From Hydrurus foetidus (Eukaryota), in NCBI GenBank assembly GCA_900617105.1, contig UYFQ01000173.1:1-64000 (forward strand): a stretch of DNA of 64,000 nucleotides, written 5' to 3'. The notes under the pieces were generated by a model that made no database searches, had not been told where the DNA came from, and saw nothing but the letters and a program-made list of their open reading frames with translations. The position numbers and the translations under genes are program-made. This document shows, one piece after another, positions 1 to 13,757 of this stretch; position 1 is the first letter of the stretch; each line of letters opens with the position of its first letter.

Positions 1-38
1 CACTATCTATCACTTTTAGTGTTAATCCTTTTGCACAA

Positions 39-3000
39 TTGGATCTGATCATCGGACGCAAGTCCCTGAATCAACACAACTTGTTTGTGCTGACGCCGAA
101 ACGTATGGGCTTTGACCCTACGCTAATCGAAACGTCACCCAGCCCAGATGACATCGGTCTACTTCCCTTAAGGGCAGAGTCCGACATCGGTACAGATTCA
201 CATACCGACGTCTGTTGTCATCATAGTGACGCTGTCGGATCGCGTAGTCCTTGTACACAGTGTCGCCTGATTACCGACACTGCTGACAATGGAGACGAAG
301 GTCACTCGAGCACCCACCGTATTCCAACAGTGGGAGAAGAGTGGGGTCCATCTGCGCTATGGACGGGCAGTGGTATTAACCGCCCCCCTTCTGAGACCGG
401 GACGAGAGTGAACACAGTAACACTTAACGCCGCGAGCGTGTTGCCGTGCGGAATCAATCTCAATGGAGATGAGATTGATGATGACAAAACGGATGCGTTC
501 GGTCCGTTTCTTTCTGCATTGATGGAAGACCCTACCCCAACAGGTAGGGCGAACGACGTCATCTCGACAATCACCTTTGGTGGGTCGGAAGCTCTGCAAA
601 CAGCATGCAGAGCATTATGTACCGAATTTATTGACATCTTTCAAGATGAGGTGGCCCGTGAACCGGCCCGTATACCTCCTTTTGATATTGATCATAAGGC
701 GCGGCACAATGGGAAGTACCTGGTAACAGGACCCCGCTCCGCCCCCAATCCTCACAGAAGGAGGCGATTCACAATAACCTTCAGGATCTGATACGGATCG
801 GGGTGGTTGAAAAGTCTAATGCGGTGTACTACAGTCACCCTGTAGTAGTACAGAAGTCACCCGGACAATACCGTGTATGTATTGACTTCCGGCCACTTAA
901 TAACTGTACGGAGTCGGCCAGTTGGCCACTCCCCAGCATTCCAGCAATGTTTGAACGCATTGGCGCTCGTCAACCTGACATCTTTGGGGTTATGGACTTA
1001 ACGTCCGGCTACCATCAAGCACCCCTTACAGCATCAGCTAAAATCCTGACTGCATTCATATGCTTCTCTGGAATTTATCAATTCACTCGATTGCCTTTCG
1101 GCCTCAAACGTGCCCCATCATACTTCCAGGAGATGATGGCCACGGTTGTCCTTGCGGGCCTTTTATATGTAACATGTGAGATGTATCTCGATGATTGCAT
1201 TGTATTTGGTAATGGGCCTGACGAGTTTCTGCAGAGACTTCGTGATGTCTTCATCCGTTTTCGAGAAAAGAATTTATTCTTGAAAGCTAAAAAATGTAAG
1301 TTCGGAGTTACACGCCTCGAATACGTCGGACGTGTGATCTCCAAAGAGGGGTTATCTATGTCGGCTGAGAAAATAAAATCTGTTTTAGATTTTCCTCGCC
1401 CTAAAACCGTTACTGCCCTTAGGGGATTTCTCGGTTTGGCGAACTATTTTAGAGGTTTCGTACCAAACCACTCCAACATAGTAGCACCGTTACATAAAAT
1501 GACGGTGTCTACAACTCATAAACATTCCAGAGTAACTTGGAATGCTGAAACCATTAAAGCGTTTCAAGACATTAGGCAGGCCATTTCTCAATGCCCCCTG
1601 ATGCACTTCATTGATAATGTATCACCAATACATTTATACACCGACGCATCTGATTATGGTGTAGGTGGTGTATTGTTCCAAAAGGTTGGAGATGAGATGA
1701 AACCCATTTCATTTGTGAGTAAGTCACTCACCTTCTCACAGTTGAACTGGTCAACAATCCAGAAAGAAGCTTATGCTATCTACTTGTGTTGTACAAAACT
1801 TGATCCACTATTACGTGATCGCAAGTTTACGATTCACACAGATCATAAAAATCTGACGTACATGAAATCCTCCCCTAACTCGATGGTAGGGAGATGGTCC
1901 ATGGCTCTACAAAAGCTCGATTACACAATCGCATACGTGCGAGGGTCTGAGAACACGGTAGCGGACGCTATGTCTCGCCTCTGTGCTAATCTCTCGGACC
2001 TTGTCATCAAGGTTCAACCAGCCACCACTGGCACAGAACCGGATAACTTGCCGGGCCCGTTTTGCGGCGCCCTCAAGGTCATACCAGAAATGACTGATAC
2101 GCAGCGCGACGCACTCAACATGTGCCACAACAAGTTTGTCGGACACGGAGGCGTTAAACGCACCGTAGAAAAGCTGAAAAGCTTACCCATTGAGTGGGAA
2201 CACATGGTTCAGCACACCCACTTGTTTATACAACAATGTGCGTGCTGCCAGAAGATGAACGCTACACGCGTACCGATACGTGTACACAAGTACGTTACTT
2301 CTGCGTACAAACCTTTCCATGTCTTGAACATCGATTTCATCGGACCCTTCCCCGATGCCTCACACGTTCTTGTCATCATCTGTGCTTTCACACGGTGGAC
2401 AGAACTCTTTTGGTGTGCGGATAATACGGCCAAATCGGCTACCGATTGCCTTCTCCAACACTTTGGAAGATACGGTGCACCCCAAATGATCAGATCTGAT
2501 CGGGGTTCACATTTTGCTAATGAATTGATCAAACAATTCCTAGTGTCAACGGGTACACCCCACAACCTGACACTAGCATACTCTAAACAAGAGAATGCTA
2601 TAGTTGAACGAGTTAATAAAGAAATTAACCGGTACTTACGTTCGTTCCTGTATGATACAAACGACGTGTACCAGTACAAAAACTGCTTACCGTTTATACA
2701 ACGCATTTTGAATTCTTCAATTCACAGCAGTACCAATGCCTCCCCAGCAAGTTTATTGTTTGGTAACCAAATCAATCTTGATTCGGGCATACTTTCACCA
2801 TTCCCACAATTACCGGAAGTGGAAACTTCCGCATCGAAAGTGGTCTGTGAGATGTATCACATCCAGGATACCCTGATTGCCCAAGCACAAACTGCTTTGC
2901 GCACAATGGACGCGGCTCATATTGCCACAAGTCCACAGGATATAACGGTTTTTCCCGTCGGTTCATATGTGTTGGCTAGATACACCACACAACCGCCCAC

Positions 3001-3376
3001 ACGGTTACACACGTTGTGGCGGGGACCGTTTCAAGTGATATCGATTCACAACTCTGATTATACGTTGTTAGATATAACTACGAAGAAACATAAACATCTT
3101 CATATTAGTAATCTTAAACAATTTGTTTTCAATCCGAAACATACGGATCCTGCTGATGTAGCACGCCGCGATTATATGGAATTCTTTATTGATTCCATTC
3201 TTCAGCACCAAGGCAATTCCAGACGCAAAACCCAAATGCGGTTTTTAGTCAAATGGACTGACTTTGATGACTCACACAATACGTGGGAGTCGTGGAAGAA
3301 TCTTCGTCTTACAGACGCTCTTCACACATATTTACGCCTTCACGGCATGTCGAAAATAATTCCGACAGAAAAGTAA
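39..3376 (+). CDS. pol: Gypsy pol (RT, RNase H, integrase, chromodomain) with a frameshift near 700
   Basis: DLTSGYHQ, LPFGL, YLDD; TDAS, TDHKNL; HHCC (CHNKFVGH..CACCQ); DFIGP/SDRG/ERVN; GPF; chromodomain FLVKWTDFDDSHNTWE. The QWEVPGNRTPLRPQS frame links the two ORFs. Confidence 0.95.
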
Positions 3377-3391
3377 GTTCCCAAGGAACGA

Positions 3392-3488
3392 CCTACACAT
3401 TATCTTTTGAAGATTCCTCCTCATTTTTACAACTTTAAGTTGCTTTTCAGGAGGTTTAGTCAGTAAAAATCTGACATAAATGTGTAGG
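3392..3488 (+). ncRNA. Conserved structured cis RNA element (cloverleaf with ENE-like arm) in the Gypsy 3' UTR
   Basis: Four helices; homologous copy with compensatory changes at 39878-39985. Confidence 0.75.
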
Positions 3489-4437
3489 GGAACACTCAAT
3501 GTTACAACACATCTAGGCACTCTCGTTTCTCACTCCCCAAACTCTCACATGTACAAATATCTGTATTTATCGTACGTATTTATTACTGCATTTTTGTATT
3601 TTTTTTATCTTTTTTCTGCATTTTTTTTCTCACGCTTGAGTCATATTTGTTTTGTTACACACTGTAGCTAGAGACTCACCAAGGGAGAGAGGGAGAGAGG
3701 AGAGAGAAATAAGAAAACGAGAGATAAGTAGGGGTAGTGTGGCTCCCTCAGGGTCTGCTACCCCATTCAGCCGATTAGATGCTGTTTCCACCTTAGTACC
3801 TTCGTGTTCACAGCCACGACTATCAGTCACTAGCTAGTTTGTGCTGCTTTGCAGAAGTTACTAGCGTACCTTCTGTTGCATCCCTAACTAATTAGCTCCT
3901 TTTAGCCTTTAGACTTCCCTTCTCTTTTGCCTTCCAAGGTCACAGCGCCATCTTAAATTTGTTGGCAAGCAGCGGTGAAGATGAAGAACGTCGTCGACAC
4001 AAACTCGAGCAGCGACTTTTACTGCTACCGGCTGCGGGCTGATGAATCTCATGACTTTCAGCCGCTGACAGCCCGGGCTACGGGCTGTGTCTTCAAAATG
4101 GCACACCGGCTGCGGGCTACGAAAGTCGATCAGCCCCCATCCCTAAAAATTTTGATTTTCGTATTTTCGAAAAAGCAGAATCCTTATGTGGGTGTGAAGG
4201 ACCAAGGAATTGGGATTCGGCGCCAACTCAATTTTACATTTCTTGGTGTCTTCAGCCTGTATAGTTACGACCGGCACAATACATCCTTATTTTGAAAAGC
4301 GTCTGCGAGGGACTGTTTCCTCCTCCCCTCATTGGCCTGCTAGTTGACAGTGTTTTGAATTTGTGAGATCGCAGACGAAACGGGGATATCGCCATTTTCT
4401 GGCGCTGCCGTCAGTACCCCACGCACTGCCAGGCAAG

Positions 4438-6525
4438 ATGGCCATTGAAATCAATCTGGAAGATGTCCTTTTCAGTGTTCTCATTGGATCAATTCCCACG
4501 GTATCGATGCTCCTGGCGTCATTCGCACTGATGAATCTGAAAGTACCACCTCTAATCGAGGCCTGCTTCCAGAACTTCTGTGCGGGATTGATTCTTGCTG
4601 CTGTCTCTTTAGAGTTGCTACCTTTGATGTCACCATCGTCCACAACGACACCCTTTCACTCAGTCGCTGGGACCACGGTAGGTTTTATCCTTGGTGTCGC
4701 AATGATCAATGGCGTGAGCGAGCTGATCGACGGATTTGAGAATGACACACATGGTCACGCAAGCACGACCAGTACCGTCGCTAAATGCGACACCAGCTGT
4801 AGTAAGCAGCCAAGTGATAACGAAAGCGATTCTAAAAATAAATCGGATGTGAAGTTGATATATGAAATGAGCCCTAACGGCAGCAGACGTTTGCCGTGGA
4901 TAAGCTCCAACATGGTTGCTGTCGAGCGATCAGTAGAAATGAAGGAACGAGGCAGCAAAAACGAGTCATCGAAAATACTTGCAGGCTCTCCAAAACAATC
5001 TTACGGTCAAGGCGCATATGCGCGTCTGAATACATCGACGAGCAGTTCTCATATCGACAGTCTTGATCCGGACTGCGCGGGCTGTGCTGAGGATGGATAT
5101 GATCACGAAGCCATTCTTATTGCTGCGGTAGCAATCGCCACGCCGAGTCACAGAGCACACATCAAAGAGCATTTCGTTGAAATCATGAATGCCATAGATA
5201 CCTTAGAAAGAAACACGAGCGGATTGATGATGTCGAATTGCGAGCTTGACTTGAGGCAGTCGGAGAAATTGGCTGAAGAAATAGATGAAGAAATACATAT
5301 GCTTCAATACCGTCTCGACCATACGCGGAGGTGATTCGATTCTATTTGATTTGATTATCATGATCAGAACTGGCTTCCATCAACCACGTCACAACCTTAT
5401 TGAATGTTGTGGTTGCCTTTCTCGTAGCCGTGACTATGATACGCAATCTTCGTTTAGATGAAATACCATTTAGATGAATAACTCTCGCCTCTCCCCATTC
5501 CCTGATCCGTCCTCCTAACCAAACCCTCGCACCAAAATACAGACTTCTCGAAGGATCTGAATCAGAGATATCCGCAGCGATGCACAACCACTCCTGTCAG
5601 AGAAGCAGAGGCGACAATCCCTCCTGGTGGACATCTCCCGAGAAAAGAAGCACGTTAGAAGACTCCCTTAACAGCTTGGGCAATATGGCCAAACATCTAG
5701 TGGAGCACATTGACAGCAATGTGGACATAACTATCCCCATTCTCAGAGAAATACACGGACATATCGGTGAGATGGACTCACAATTGCACACCCTGCATCG
5801 AGCCACCGAAGACGCCTCTTTCATATGGAGGAGACTCGCCAAAGTGATGGGCATGCCTGTAACTGGATCGTATGTACCAGCGTCCCTCATAATACCTGTG
5901 GTCATCGACAGGTATCATCATCCGGAATATGCAGATCTATCGTATAACACAACTCGAACTCTCCTGACTTGACTTCCTCACCTCCTCTCCCTCTCCTCTC
6001 CCTTCTTCCCTGCATGTAATACTAATACTTTCCCCTCCATTATACTCTTAAATGCTTTTTTCCATGGATATCTCACGCTCACTAATTATGGTGATTGCCC
6101 TGCGTCTCAGTTTCGTGGATGGCTTTCTGATTGGCGTGGCATGCGCTCTGAGCAGGAGAGCGGGTTGGATTCTTGCACTTGCTAACTGTTTAGAAATGGC
6201 ATTTCTCGGCATGGCAGTGTCTATGCGTGTGAGGAAGTGCACAGGGTCGAGCTCCTTCGTGCGCTATGCCTGCATCGTTGTCCCTCCCTTCATAATGCTA
6301 GGAGCGACTGTGCTGGGAGCTGTTGTGGGGTCCATCTCTAAATTGTATCCTGTTCTATTTGTCACATTTGTGGCCTTCGGTGTCATCGCGCTGCTCTACC
6401 TTGTATTTAACGAACTGCTCGTTGAAGCGAGAGAGGCGCAGGAGGGGGATATTCGGTGGTGGGTGACAGCAGTGGTGTTCGTGGGCATCTACGTAGTCCT
6501 CATGATGGATCTATTCATCAGCTAG
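4438..6525 (+). CDS. ZIP/ZupT-family metal transporter; exons 4438-5330, 5543-5911, 6111-6525
   Basis: FQNFCAGLILAAVSLELLP, DSFVDGFLIG, ANCLEMAFLG, LYLVFNELLVEA; GT-AG introns keep the frame. Confidence 0.85.
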
Positions 6526-7638
6526 CTGCCCCTTCGATACTACCGTATGCAAATATGAGTTAGAGCTGTTCCGTTGACTGTTAAGCGCCATATCATTCTA
6601 TTTTATCGTGGTTTATTTCGCACGTGTAGAAGTGTATGCATTAATTTCTCTTTGTCCGCAACGCGATTTACGATTTGTACTGTGCCATCTGGCTGAGCTG
6701 ATGGATTAGTGGTGAATGGTGCTCCACTCTCGTCTCTATCTCTGACGTAAGCCTACGTCAGTGCCTGTTGCCTGTCGCAATACAGCTGCTCCTCCAGCAC
6801 TGGCATCTCTCCTCTGCAGCCTTTCGATTGAGTATATGTGAAGAGTTTCGACACATGGCAAGAGACGAGAGATCGATGTTAATGTACATCTCAGGTGGAG
6901 ATGTATTTCACACAATGTACCGTCAAGCATTTTAACAAAATTCTTTTTTGTGGAGGTGTAAGACATTTTTTTCGTTACAAATCGAAGGAAAAGAGGCATG
7001 GAAGATCGTTGAGGTATTGTAGGAGGTTTCTCATCTCCACCAACATGGCTTTTCCTGCATGCCTGATACAAGATAGTTACTGTTACTCTGCTTAGATCGC
7101 CCCCGTGATATTTTTCCAGCGATTCTCGGTATATCTTTTGATCCCTGGGCGCCTAACATCTAACTTGAGAAATTCGCTCGTCTAAATGACCCATTGAAGA
7201 CAAACACCTTCGCCGAAGCACAGGACTGTCATACAGCAGTTGCACGATTCGTGAGTTTCATGTTCTTGAGAATCGTAAGATTTCATCGAGCATGATTATA
7301 ACGAAAAGTGCTTATTCTTCCTTTTAGAGCCTTTTAACTACTGCCATACGGGACCTCCCTGTAAAATCAAACTCCTGTTTGATTGTTCGATATATTATAA
7401 TATAATATACCTACACTGAACGGAAATGTGAACTCTTATCACGGTATGATACGGTTAACTCCTGTGAGCACTCTTCCGATCCGATCTTGTCACAGTTGAA
7501 CTTCAAAGCCGGTACACTGTATGATGCAACAAACTTGGCTATGCATGGAACAGTGGTGATATCTTACAGCTGAATGCCCAACTAGTCTACCAGCTGTTGG
7601 ACGTCCAGCCCGATAAGAGAACTCCTTCGATTTCTGCG

Positions 7639-8695
7639 ATGAGCATTAAACAATGCTGCGGTTTGGGACGTTGCGTTGAGATCAAAGGGCTGCAAGACTG
7701 TTCAAGTTGCAAATCGATATCATATTGCGGTCGTGAGCATCAGGTTGAGCATTTCAAAGATGGTCACAAGTTAGTTTGTCCTGGTAGAGAGAAGCCACTC
7801 TCGTTCGCAGCATGCGTCGAGAAAGCCACTAGATATTACAACGACAAAATGTGGGTGGCTGCACTTCCCTATTACTCGGCTCTTCTCGTAAGTTTCCTTG
7901 CATTTACCGACCATACCATCTCTCCCCGCAGTACGAACTGACCGACTTACAAAGCTCTCACAATTATTGATTGATAGGAATTGATCGAAAGAGGATATGG
8001 TATGTCTTAGACTATTCTGGTGACATGAAAACAAGCTGATTAGCTTTCAGAACATGCTCATATCAATCCTTCTTTCTGACTCTCTGCAAATCGAAATTCC
8101 AGACATTTTTCATCCTCAGACGATTCTGGCGCTTGAGGGTATGGCAAAGTGCTACGAACAACAGGACAAGTTAAATGAATGTATTCAATGCCTACAGCGT
8201 ATAGTTCTTGTCATAGAAATGTCAAATGCTGATGGCACGCAGCAGAGTAACGAGAAAATGTTCACTACCATGGGCCACATGGCGGAGCTCTACATGCTAT
8301 CCGGTCAAACAGCAATAGCGAAAGAGTTGCTCTCAAAAATTGAAGTGAGTGCATTGGAATCATTCGGTGAGAATTCGTTTGAGCGTGGTAGAGCACTGAT
8401 GGCTCTGGCAGGATGCATGGATGTGTTGGGAGAGGTCGCTGAGGCAGAGCAGACATTATTGAAGGCAATCGGACTGTCTGGTTACGGATCTAGCGACGAC
8501 GTGGCCAAGAAAGCGATCGCATCGAACGGATTCTTCAATCTTGGCGTCATTCTTTTCAAACAAAATAGATTCAAAGAAGCGTTGCCTCATTTTGAAACTG
8601 CCATGGAATCGAAAATCAGAGGCAAAGTTGATCCCACAGATCCGGATATGATTGAAACGAAAAAATATATATTAGACACAAAGAAGAATTGTTGA
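7639..8695 (+). CDS. MYND zinc finger + TPR protein; exons 7639-7887, 7978-7999, 8103-8695
   Basis: CSSCKSISYCGREHQVEHFKDGHKLVC; TPR-like FFNLGVILFKQNRFKEALPHFETA; frame-consistent splicing. Confidence 0.85.
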
Positions 8696-9214
8696 TCATT
8701 GCGTGAGATTTCTTTTGAGTTGTTGGCTTTTTTTATTGATAGATTATGTTGAGCTTTTTGTTCAAGATTTAAGATTATACCCAACAGGAGTTGAATTTCA
8801 CTTTGTCGACAGAACTGACATCCTTAATCTTCGTACTTGAATCAGATTCAGAGCGCTTTGTTCTTGTATATGATGAGTTTCACGGATTGCAAAATCTGCA
8901 CGTCGGGTACTAGAGGAATTTTCATAGCTCACACCCAACGAATCGAAACGATCACTATTTCGCGGGGTTTCTTCCTATCATTTATGCCAAATAATCGAAA
9001 ATTTCACTCCTCTAATCCACCTGGAACTTCGGCATTTGGGCAGAGTATACGGCGAAAATGCAAATTAGCTGGAGGAAAAGATTAATAGGTGAAATGTAAG
9101 ACTGCGTAACGAGATCCTTCACAGAGCGCAGTATCTACAGCACTCGGTACTGTGCACAGCAAGGAGTAGCAGCAGAAGTTATTACGTCATTGCATCACTA
9201 TAAACCTACTCGCG

Positions 9215-12200
9215 ATGAGTGCTTCGCAGAAAAAGAACTGTCAAGAGAAGGATGTTCAATTTCCGAATCCGCCATCAGATGGTGTAGCATGCATCTCAGT
9301 CAATGGAACCCAATCAACTAATTCCACCATGTTGATAGCCGGCTCCTGGGACAACAATGTATCTGCTACGTAATTGATGCACACCTGATGTGGCTGCGCC
9401 GCCTTTGAAACTCACAGACATTGGCACTTACATATTGATTGCAACAGGTTTACTGTTACGAGCTGCAGTCAAATGGCTCTGGCGGATTATCGAATATAAT
9501 AAAACAGAGTCAGATCGCCCATGAAGCCCCTGTGTTATGTAGTGACATTGGCCCGGTGAGACACCTCAGCTTTATCAAGTTGATATTACAGATAAACAGT
9601 AGAATGATGCTGCTGCCTATGATTCATTCCGATGGTTTACGTCACATTAATTGGCATGCGTTAGCATCTCGCACTAGTGTCATGATTCTTGTCCGCAGTA
9701 TATATCTTAACAGATAAGCGCATTACGTGGAGACTAGTGCGCTATCTTGTCGGAACGAATGATGCTGATTAGTTGCTATGATAATGGTAGTCAAATTACG
9801 TAATGAGACAGTGCAATACATTTAGTTTTCAATATGAGGCCTCATAAAGAATATGAGAGGAATAAAAGCATCGCTGTAGTTGTCAAAATGGACCTGTAGT
9901 AACATTTATCAAAATTTGCAGATTCACAGTCCCTCCTAAACAACAATGCTCTGCAACATCATTATGTGGACAGGATGGAATGACCACTTTCTCAGCGGGT
10001 TGTGACGGACAAGTGCGTATGTGGAACCCCTCCCAAGGACCGAATTCTGTCCAAGTCATCGGCAAACATGACCAACCAGTCAGGTATATTAAAATGTAAT
10101 GAAAAGAATCGGCTAGATGAATTTGCTGTACATTTACGCGGCTGATATCTGACGGTACTCGATAACATCAGTGTCACTGACAGCAACGATTGTTCTTCAC
10201 GTCCTTCATCGTTCACTGCAAAGAGCCTCTTCAACACTTTCCCCTTCACTCACCTCCCCATGTGCTGATGTTTAATTATTCCATAGGAATATGAAGTTTT
10301 TGCCATCTCACAACCTCTTGGTCACATCATCTTGGGACAAATCGGTAACACCCTAATCGAGCACACCATTTTCAACGCCACATTGTCTGTTTTGATGCAA
10401 TTGTCGATTTATTTATCAGCATCTATGTCGATCATCTTCATGGCTAATGGTCGATATCAATGTGTAGTGCATTGTATGACTTGAGTGCTGCGCTGTGTTT
10501 GTAGTGAGCGTGCTGGACGTTTTCTGCACCTTCAAGGAAAGACCTTCTCCTCCCTCCCTCCTCTACCCTCCACTTTCACGACACCATCTCACACCTGCCT
10601 CCATCAACCCGTTTTCTTTTGTTCATAATTCTTTTCTATTTCAGCCCTCCTCTACCTTCCCTCACTATCGCGGCTTACTCTAGTTTCAATCTCTTCAAAT
10701 CTCTTCGCAGTCATAGCATTTATCATCTTAAATAGACAACTCTAGCTCTGTCTTTCTTCTTCGTCAATGCTTCACGCACCTCTTAATGTGTTTCTGAATT
10801 GAAGCTTTCTTCCGCCTAATTTCCTCGATCTTCTTTTAATCCTCCTCCCTCCTCCTACTTTAGAGCTCTCCACTTTCTCAACCACCCTCTCCTCTGTTCT
10901 GTTCTGTTCTGTTCTCGTAAAAGTCGCCTGTCTGTCTATTGCTCGTTCTATCGTTTTTTCTACCTCATTTCTACCCTGTTATTCAAGATACGAATGTGGG
11001 ATACAAGACAACCCACAGCTGCTGCTACCTTAAATCTCGCGGAAAGAATATACGCCATGGATGCTAAAGGTGGAGCGATTGTGGCTGGGACAGCAGGGAA
11101 GCAATTGGCCGTATATAATATTAGCAATCTGGGAGGTAAGTGCGTTTTCTGATCAAATGTATTCTTCTTTTTTCTCCCACCGTATCAGCTCTTCGCTTCT
11201 TTCGCTCGCTCTCTCCTAATTAATTTATGTAATTTCTCTCATACACTCTCTTCCTCTTGCTCACTATCTCTCTTTCTCTCTCCTCTCTCTCTCTCACTCT
11301 CTTTCTCTCATCTCTCTCATTCGAATTTTGAGCTCCTGCTGATATGATGCACCATATTTCCAGACACTGCTCCCCTCCTACTAAGCACTCACTCCCCTCT
11401 CCTCCCCCCTCCCCTCTCCTCTCCTCCCACCTTCATTCTGCACCCTCCTCCTTACCTCAGCACTGGTTTCGCAATGGGCTGCATAGAAGGAAGAGTGGCT
11501 GTAGAATCTTTCTCCGAAATGCAAAATAAAATAATGATGCAGAAAAGTAAGTACTGCGCTTAGGGTCATCGTATTGTATTACATTGTACTATACTGCCTC
11601 AACATGTATCAATACACACCGCACTGTTTTCCTACTCCTCTATCACATTATGTTGAATTCCTTCGTATTGAATTACAGTGTCTTGTATTACATTGAACTG
11701 TATTGAATCCTTTTTTCTAGTTCCACTAAAATCACCTAATTCTATTTTAACTGAATGCACGACAGATCCTCAAGCGTATGGAACCAAGCCGCCATCAAAA
11801 AATTTCGTGTACAAATGCCACAGAGATGCGAGCAACGTGTACAGCGTGAACAGCATCGACTTCCACCACTACGGAACGTTCTGCACTGCAGGATCGGATG
11901 GAACGTTCACTTGGTGGGATAAAGAGGCTAGGTGCGCACTGTGTTCTACTGCACTGAACTGCACTGTACTGTATTCTCATGCACTGCTCTGTGCCACAGT
12001 CATATCACATCTCTCTCACACTAACACGCTTGACTCATTCTGAACAGCATGTACGTGCTGACTCACCTGTTTTCTTCCTCTCTGCGTTTCTTCATACCTC
12101 TCGTGTGATATTCACTTATCCCTTCACATCTTTCTTGCGCACACTCCCACACCCACGCACAGAATTTCTCTCCCTATGTTTCCCTCGCTCTCTCTTTTTC

Positions 12201-12234
12201 GATCTTCACTCTCTCTTTCTCGCACACATACACA

Positions 12235-12289
<55 letters not shown>

Positions 12290-12962
12290 AAACCGTCTAG
12301 CTGGATTTGAGATGCACAAGGGCCGATGTCCAATAACGATGGTGAAGTTCAGCCCTATGGGGAACATGATGTTCTACTCCCTGTCCTACGACTGGTCCAA
12401 GGGGGCAGAGCATAACGACCCCAAGGTGAGTGAATATTGAGTATCGTCAACATGCATGTACATCGGTTGCAGTGTGTGAGTGACTGCGTCTACGTGTCAA
12501 TGTGTGATGGTGACTATTTTTTGTGTGTGAGTGTGAGTGTCCGTAAGTACGTGAGTGCGTTACTGGCAGTCTGCGTAGAAATGTGATAAGATGTGTTCAG
12601 GCGTGAGTGTTCCTGTCTGTTTGCGTGTGTCAGTCTTCTGTAGGGATGTTTGTGTCAGTAAGTCTGTCTCCTCGATGTGATTTGATGTGATGCGATGACA
12701 TTGGGACTAATAATACTGTTTAATCTACTCTGCTTTTCCCCTGTCACTTGAGTTGCCCTTACCCACAGTCCATCTCTCTTCTCTTCTCTTCTCTCTTGTA
12801 CTCTGTTCATCTTAAATCTTCGACTAAACTGAACTGCATTGCATCGTTCCCTCTCTTCACTTCACGGCACTGCTCTACACTATTACCTCAACGCAGATCG
12901 GGAATAACATTTGCATGCACCCTGTCCTGGACTCTGAAATCTCACCAAGACCAAAACCGTAA
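9215..12962 (+). CDS. RAE1: mRNA export factor RAE1/Gle2 (WD40), multi-exon; one internal exon not found
   Basis: [74 protein letters not shown]. Confidence 0.9.
12238..12287 (+). repeat. (CT)n microsatellite forming an intron polypyrimidine tract
   Basis: Uninterrupted CT run immediately before the CAG acceptor. Confidence 0.95.
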
Positions 12963-13757
12963 AGCGCCATTTTACGATTTTGAAATTCCTGTCATAAAGA
13001 CAAATTGCTGGCTAGTTCAGAATATCTATGACAACGATTTCTTGGTTTCAATTTCTGTCTCCTCTCAGCTATGAGAAATTAGACATGATTATTTAATATA
13101 CTTTAATTGAATTTCATGTGATTAAATGGATTCGAATGTATTGAGGAGAGTCAAAGTAGAGAGTAACGAGAGACGGACAGACACACTACTTCGCCGTCAC
13201 TCTAAGCCTCATTTAATAAAACAAACCCGATACTCTCTGCACTCTTCTCAACCTATTTTGGATCCATTTCTCATGGTGAACCATCGCACTGTATTAAACT
13301 GGTTCCTATCCAATGTGTCCCATTCCGATTCCCCACACCTCTCAAACAGAATACGAAACATAGTGTATGTGCCTGATGGTATACATAATATTCCAGGATC
13401 CCTCCATCCCTCCTCGTATTAAATTCACCAACAACATTTCGGTGCAGTGCTGACACTGAAGCGCAAAATTGCATGTTTCTTGTATGGTATGCAATACGAT
13501 ATATGTTCATACGATGCAGTAGAAAGAAATAAGATACTGCTGCAGCTCAGAGCTCCTCCGATGAAACAACTCCTACAAAAAAAAGTAAGAACAGAAAAAA
13601 GGTCCTTTTCCCGTGTCGTGTAACCTACAGCATACAGAATCTGCTCCCTGGCTGGCTTCTCCAATCGAAATGTCAAATATTGGATATTGGCAGCTTCCAC
13701 ATTCCATATTCCACAATAGAAAGCTGAAAACAGATCGATTGCATTTATATTATAGTC

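Larger units (their letters stand above)
1..3944 (+). mobile_element. Ty3/Gypsy chromodomain LTR retrotransposon A, 5' part outside the window
   Basis: pol domains present; PPT AAGTAGGGGTAG ends at 3737 and is followed by TGTGGC at 3738. The LTR end at 3944 (GTCACA) is a guess because no second LTR is available for comparison. Confidence 0.9.

Noticed and set aside
4039..4137. Hammerhead ribozyme (CTGATGA ... GAAA)
   Set aside because: No stem II closing pair next to the core and no stem III with an NUH cleavage site.
6700..7570. Possible exon remnants between the ZIP and MYND genes
   Set aside because: No coherent reading frame or recognisable motif.
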